A DNA stretch of 42,454 nt. It comes from Raillietiella orientalis (lineage: Eukaryota). Position 1 is the stretch's first letter; each line of letters starts with the position of its first letter. The position numbers and the translations under genes were made by a program. The notes beneath the pieces were generated by a model. That model saw nothing but the letters and a program-made list of their open reading frames with translations, was not told the origin of the DNA and did no database searches. Location: assembly GCA_036172245.1 (NCBI GenBank), contig JAYWIR010000121.1, forward strand, positions 62,001-104,454, given 5' to 3'. Positions 36,346 through 42,454 of this stretch are shown piece by piece.

Positions 36346-39300
36346 TTGGACCATATAATTAATCAGAGCCTAGGGAATCATTCTCTTTCTAACTCCGACA
36401 CTGGTTACCATGAAAACCACACAGAGACCAAAGTGGCACACCCTAATGAAACTTCGAAGTCATCTCAATGTTCTTCTGAACCAAGGAAATTGGAAGGTTG
36501 TGCGGGTGTCCATGAACGTAATTTGCAGCTCACTGCAAATAGATACTTCGTGAAGAGGCGCAAAAGTGCAATGGTGAAATCTGCTGACTTCGAAGTGATT
36601 ACAATCCCCTAAAAGTTTCAAATTTGGACCATATAATCAATCAGAGCATTGGGAAACATTGTGTTTCTATCTCCGACACTGGTTACCATGAAAACCACAC
36701 AGAGTCCAAAGTGGCACACCCTAATGAAACTTCGAAGTCATCTCAATGTTCTTCTGAACCGAGGAAATTGGAAGGTTGTGCGGGTTTCCATGAACGTAAT
36801 TTGCAGCTCACTGCAAATAGGTACTTCGTGAAGAGGCGCAAAAGTGCAATGGTGAAATCTGCTGACTTTGAAGTGATTACAACCCCATAAAAGTTGCAAA
36901 TTTGGACCATATAATGAATCAGAGCCTAGGTAATCATTCTCTTTCTAGCTCCGACACTGGTTACCATGAAAACCACACAGAGACCAAAGTGGCACACCCT
37001 AATGAAACTTCGAAGTCATCTCAATGTTCTTCTGAACCAAGGAAATTGGAAGGTTGTGCGGGTGTCCATAAACGTAATTTGCAGCTCACTGCAAATAGAT
37101 ACTTCGTGAAGAGGCGCAAAAGTGCAATGGTGAAATCTGCTGACTTCGAAGTGATTACAACCCCCTAAAAGTTGCAAATTTGGACCATATAATTAATCAG
37201 CGCCTAGGGAATCATTCTCTTTCTAACTCCGACACTGGTTACCATGAAAACCACACAGAGACCAAAGTGGCACACCCTAATGAAACTTCGAAGTCATCTC
37301 AATGTTCTTCTGAACCAAGGAAATTGGAAGGTTGTGCGGGTGTCCATGAACGTAATTTGCAGCTCACTGCAAATAGATACTTCGTGAAGAGGCGCAAAAG
37401 TGCAATGGTGAAATCTGCTGACTTCGAAGTGATTACAACCCCCTAAAAGTTGCAAATTTGGACCATATAATGAATCAGAGCCTAGGGAATCATTCTCTTT
37501 CTAACTCCGACACTGGTTACCATGAAAACCACACAGAGACCAAAGTGGCACACCCTAATGAAACTTCGAAGTCATCTCAATGTTCTTCTGAACCAAGGAA
37601 ATTGGAAGGTTGTGCGGGTTTCCATGAACGTAATTTGCAGCTCACTGCAAATAGATACTTCGTGAAGAGGCGCAAAAGTGCAATGGTGAAATCTGCTGAC
37701 TTCGAAGTGATTACAATCCCCTAAAAGTTTCAAATTTGGACCATATAATCAATCAGAGCATTGGGAAACATTGTGTTTCTATCTCCGACACTGGTTACCA
37801 TGAAAACCACACAGAGTCCAAAGTGGCACACCCTAATGAAACTTCGAAGTCATCTCAATGTTTCTCTGAACCAAGGAAATTCGAAGGTTGTGCGGGTGTC
37901 CATCAAGGTAATTTGCAGCTCACTGCAAATAGATACTTCGTGAAGAGGCGCAAAAGTGCAATGGTGAAATCTGTTGACTTCGAAGTGATTACAACCCCCT
38001 AAAAGTTGCAAATTTGGACCATATAATCAATCAGAGCATAGGGAAACATTGTCTTTCTATCTCCGACACTGGTTACCATGAAAACCACACAGAGACCAAA
38101 GTGGCACACCCTAATGAAACTTCGAAGTCATCTCAATGTTCTTCTGAACCAAGGAAATTGGAAGGTTGTGCGGGTGTCCATGAACGTAATTTGCAGCTCA
38201 CTGCAAATAGGTACTTCGTGAAGAGGCGCAAAAGTGCAATGGTGAAATCTGCTGACTTCGAAGTGATTACAACCCCATAAAAGTTGCAAATTTGGACCAT
38301 ATAATGAATCAGAGCCTAGGGAATCATTCTCTTTCTAACTCCGACACTGGTTACCATGAAAACCACACAGAGACCAAAGTGGCACACCCTAATGAAACTT
38401 CGAAGTCATCTCAATGTTCTTCTGAACCAAGGAAATTGGAAGGTTGTGCGGGTGTCCATAAACGTAATTTGCAGCTCACTGCAAATAGATACTTCGTGAA
38501 GAGGGGCAAAAGTGCAATGGTGAAATCTGCTGACTTCGAAGTGATTACAACCCCATAAAAGTTGCAAATTTGGAACATATAATGAATCAGAGCCTAGGGA
38601 AACATTCTCTTTCTAACTCCGACACTGGTTACCATGAAAACCACACAGAGACCAAAGTGGCACACCCTAATGAACCTTCGAAGTCATCTCAATGTTCTTC
38701 TGAACCAAGGAAATTGGAAGGTTGTGCGGGTTTCCATGAACGTAATTTGCAGCTCACTGCAAATAGATACTTCGTGAAGAGGCGCAAAAGTGCAATGGTG
38801 AAATCTGCTGACTTCGAAGTGATTACAATCCCCTAAAAGTTTCAAATTTGGACCATATAATCAATCAGAGCATTGGGAAACATTGTGTTTCTATCTCCGA
38901 CACTGGTTACCATGAAAACCACACAGAGTCCAAAGTGGCACACCCTAATGAAACTTCGAAGTCATCTCAATGTTCTTCTGAACCGAGGAAATTGGAAGGT
39001 TGTGCGGGTTTCCATGAACGTAATTTGCAGCTCACTGCAAATAGGTACTTCGTGAAGAGGCGCAAAAGTGCAATGGTGAAATCTGCTGACTTTGAAGTGA
39101 TTACAACCCCATAAAAGTTGCAAATTTGGACCATATAATGAATCAGAGCCTAGGTAATCATTCTCTTTCTAGCTCCGACACTGGTTACCATGAAAACCAC
39201 ACAGAGACCAAAGTGGCACACCCTAATGAAACTTCGAAGTCATCTCAATGTTCTTCTGAACCAAGGAAATTGGAAGGTTGTGCGGGTGTCCATAAACGTA

Positions 39301-40504
39301 ATTTGCAGCTCACTGCAAATAGATACTTCGTGAAGAGGCGCAAAAGTGCAATGGTGAAATCTGCTGACTTCGAAGTGATTACAACCCCCTAAAAGTTGCA
39401 AATTTGGACCATATAATTAATCAGCGCCTAGGGAATCATTCTCTTTCTAACTCCGACACTGGTTACCATGAAAACCACACAGAGACCAAAGTGGCACACC
39501 CTAATGAAACTTCGAAGTCATCTCAATGTTCTTCTGAACCAAGGAAATTGGAAGGTTGTGCGGGTGTCCATGAACGTAATTTGCAGCTCACTGCAAATAG
39601 ATACTTCGTGAAGAGGCGCAAAAGTGCAATGGTGAAATCTGCTGACTTCGAAGTGATTACAACCCCCTAAAAGTTGCAAATTTGGACCATATAATGAATC
39701 AGAGCCTAGGGAAACATTCTCTTTCCAACTCCGACACTGGTTACCATGAAAACCACACAGAGACCAAAGTGGCACACCCTAATGAACCTTCGAAGTCATC
39801 TCAATGTTCTTCTGAACCAAGGAAATTGGAAGGTTGTGCGGGTTTCCATGAACGTAATTTGCAGCTCACTGCAAATAGATACTTCGTGAAGAGGCGCAAA
39901 AGTGCAATGGTGAAATCTGCTGACTTCGAAGTGATTACAACCCCCTAAAAGTTTCAAATTTGGACCATATAATCAATCAGAGCATAGGGAAACATTGTCT
40001 TTCTATCTCCGACACTGGTTACCATGAAAACCACACAGAGTCCAAAGTGGCACACCCTAATGAAACTTCGAAGTCATCTCAATGTTCTTCTGAACCAAGG
40101 AAATTGGAAGGTTGTGCGGGTCTCCATGAACGTAATTTGCAGCTCACTGCAAATAGGTACTTCGTGAAGAGGCGCAAAAGTGAAATGGTGAAATCTGCTG
40201 ACTTTGAAGTGATTACAACCCCATAAAAGTTGCAAATTTGGACCATATAATGAATCAGAGCCTAGGTAATCATTCTCTTTCTAACTCCGACACTGGTTAC
40301 CATGAAAACCACACAGAGACCAAAGTGGCACACCCTAATGAAACTTCGAAGTCATCTCAATGTTCTTCTGAACCAAGGAAATTGGAAGGTTGTGCGGGTG
40401 TCCATAAACGTAATTTGCAGCTCACTGCAAATAGATACTTCGTGAAGAGGCGCAAAAGTGCAATGGTGAAATCTGCTGACTTCGAAGTGATTACAACCCC
40501 CTAA
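36346..40504. repeat. Young homogeneous layer with 4-mer (1112 bp) and 8-mer (2224 bp) periodicity
   Basis: The marker aaagtttcaaatttgg...agagtccaaag belongs to monomers starting at 36624, 37736, 38848 and 39960 (step 1112). The rarer markers ccgagg and tagctccg recur only at a 2224 step (36624/38848 and 36902/39126). Confidence 0.85.
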
Positions 40505-42454
40505 AAGTTGCAAATTTGGACCATATAATTAATCAGCGCCTAGGGAATCATTCTCTTTCTAACTCCGACACTGGTTACCATGAAAACCACACAGAGACCA
40601 AAGTGGCACACCCTAATGAAACTTCGAAGTCATCTCAATGTTCTTCTGAACCAAGGAAATTGGAAGGTTGTGCGGGTTTCCATGAACGTAATTTGCAGCT
40701 CACTGCAAATAGGTACTTCGTGAAGAGGCGCAAAAGTGCAATGGTGAAATCTGCTGACTTCGAAGTGATTACAACCCCATAAAAGTTGCAAATTTGGACC
40801 ATATAATGAATCAGAGCCTAGGTAATCATTCTCTTTCTAACTCCGACACTGGTTACCATGAAAACCACACAGAGACCAAAGTGGCACACCCTAATGAAAC
40901 TTCGAAGTCATCTCAATGTTCTTCTGAACCAAGGAAATTGGAAGGTTGTGCGGGTGTCCATAAACGTAATTTGCAGCTCACTGCAAATAGATACTTCGTG
41001 AAGAGGCGCAAAAGTGCAATGGTGAAATCTGCTGACTTCGAAGTGATTACAACCCCCTAAAAGTTGCAAATTTGGACCATATAATTAATCAGCGCCTAGG
41101 GAATCATTCTCTTTCTAACTCCGACACTGGTTACCATGAAAACCACACAGAGTCCAAAGTGGCACACCCTAATGAAACTTCGAAGTCATCTCAATGTTCT
41201 TCTGAACCAAGGAAATTGGAAGGTTGTGCGGGTTTCCATGAACGTAATTTGCAGCTCACTGCAAATAGATACTTCGTGAAGAGGCGCAAAAGTGCAATGG
41301 TGAAATCTGCTGACTTCGAAGTGATTACAACCCCATAAAAGTTGCAAATTTGGACCATATAATGAATCAGAGCCTAGGGAATCATTCTCTTTCTAACTCC
41401 GACACTGGTTACCATGAAAACCACACAGAGACCAAAGTGGCACACCCTAATGAAACTTCGAAGTCATCTCAATGTTCTTCTGAACCAAGGAAATTGGAAG
41501 GTTGTGCGGGTGTCCATGAACGTAATTTGCAGCTCACTGCAAATAGATACTTCGTGAAGAGGCGCAAAAGTGCAATGGTGAAATCTGCTGACTTCGAAGT
41601 GATTACAACCCCATAAAAGTTGCAAATTTGGACCATATAATGAATCAGAGCCTAGGGAATCATTCTCTTTCTAACTCCGACACTGGTTACCATGAAAACC
41701 ACACAGAGACCAAAGTGGCACACCCTAATGAAACTTCGAAGTCATCTCAATGTTCTTCTGAACCAAGGAAATTGGAAGGTTGTGCGGGTGTCCATAAACG
41801 TAATTTGCAGCTCACTGCAAATAGATACTTCGTGAAGAGGCGCAAAAGTGCAATGGTGAAATCTGCTGACTTCGAAGTGATTACAACCCCATAAAAGTTG
41901 CAAATTTGGACCATATAATGAATCAGAGCCTAGGGAAACATTCTCTTTCTAACTCCGACACTGGTTACCATGAAAACCACACAGAGACCAAAGTGGCACA
42001 CCCTAATGAAACTTCGAAGTCATCTCAATGTTCTTCTGAACCAAGGAAATTGGAAGGTTGTGCGGGTTTCCATGAACGTAATTTGCAGCTCACTGCAAAT
42101 AGATACTTCGTGAAGAGGCGCAAAAGTGCAATGGTGAAATCTGCTGACTTTGAAGTGATTACAACCCCATAAAAGTTGCAAATTTGGACCATATAATGAA
42201 TCAGAGCCTAGGTAATCATTCTCTTTCTAACTCCGACACTGGTTACCATGAAAACCACACAGAGACCAAAGTGGCACACCCTAATGAAACTTCGAAGTCA
42301 TCTCAATGTTCTTCTGAACCAAGGAAATTGGAAGGTTGTGCGGGTGTCCATAAACGTAATTTGCAGCTCACTGCAAATAGATACTTCGTGAAGAGGCGCA
42401 AAAGTGCAATGGTGAAATCTGCTGACTTCGAAGTGATTACAACCCCCTAAAAGT

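Larger units (their letters stand above)
10763..42454. repeat. Tandem satellite DNA array, 277/278-bp monomer, ~114 copies, single orientation, truncated by the window end
   Basis: Seen directly. Landmarks such as CCGACACTGGTTACCATGAAAAC and GAAGAGGCGCAAAAGTGCAATGG recur throughout, and ORF-track starts step by exactly 278 (41350, 41628, 41906, 42184). The first recognisable, degenerate monomer begins near 10763 (acaaatttggattgtatgataaaacagtgcgaagggaaacatt). Copy number is array length divided by period. Confidence 0.98.

Noticed and set aside
10833..42450. Dozens of 60-190 aa ORFs as a tandem gene family
   Set aside because: They are translations of the satellite monomer on both strands. 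Many start at TTG/GTG, many variants are non-synonymous, divergent copies are broken, and there is no room for intergenic signals.
10763..42454. CRISPR array or repeat-spacer system
   Set aside because: The whole 278-bp unit is repeated, with no unique spacers and no cas genes. The context is eukaryotic (LINE remnants).
36069..42454. Tandem tRNA, 5S, SL or snRNA gene array
   Set aside because: I see no cloverleaf, no A/B box pair, no 5S or spliced-leader sequence, and no conserved-gene versus variable-spacer partition. AAATTTGG is too short for a canonical Sm site. An Infernal/Rfam scan was not run.

Overview
Eukaryotic, apparently gene-free window covering the edge of a large satellite array. 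Bases ~10,763-42,454 (about 75% of the window, open at the right end) are ~114 head-to-tail copies of a 277/278-bp monomer. The array is layered: divergent, mostly 277-bp monomers at the edge; a distinct intermediate layer; an 11/11/12-monomer higher-order repeat (HOR) at ~20.8-30.2 kb; a mosaic zone with an out-of-register junction; and near-identical 278-bp monomers with 4-/8-/2-mer periodicities at the right end. The homogeneous inner monomer carries five short dyad symmetries that the divergent outer monomers lack. The left ~10.7 kb holds decayed L1/Tx1-type LINE remnants (two homologous zf-RVT-bearing ORF2 3' ends lying tail-to-tail, and a separate ORF1 with an RRM-like region and two CCHC knuckles), an unexplained GC-rich block and AT-rich spacers. 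I cannot support any intact protein-coding gene, RNA gene or CRISPR array. The many 88-aa ORFs in the track are one reading frame of the satellite monomer. The organism and any centromeric function cannot be determined from this sequence alone.
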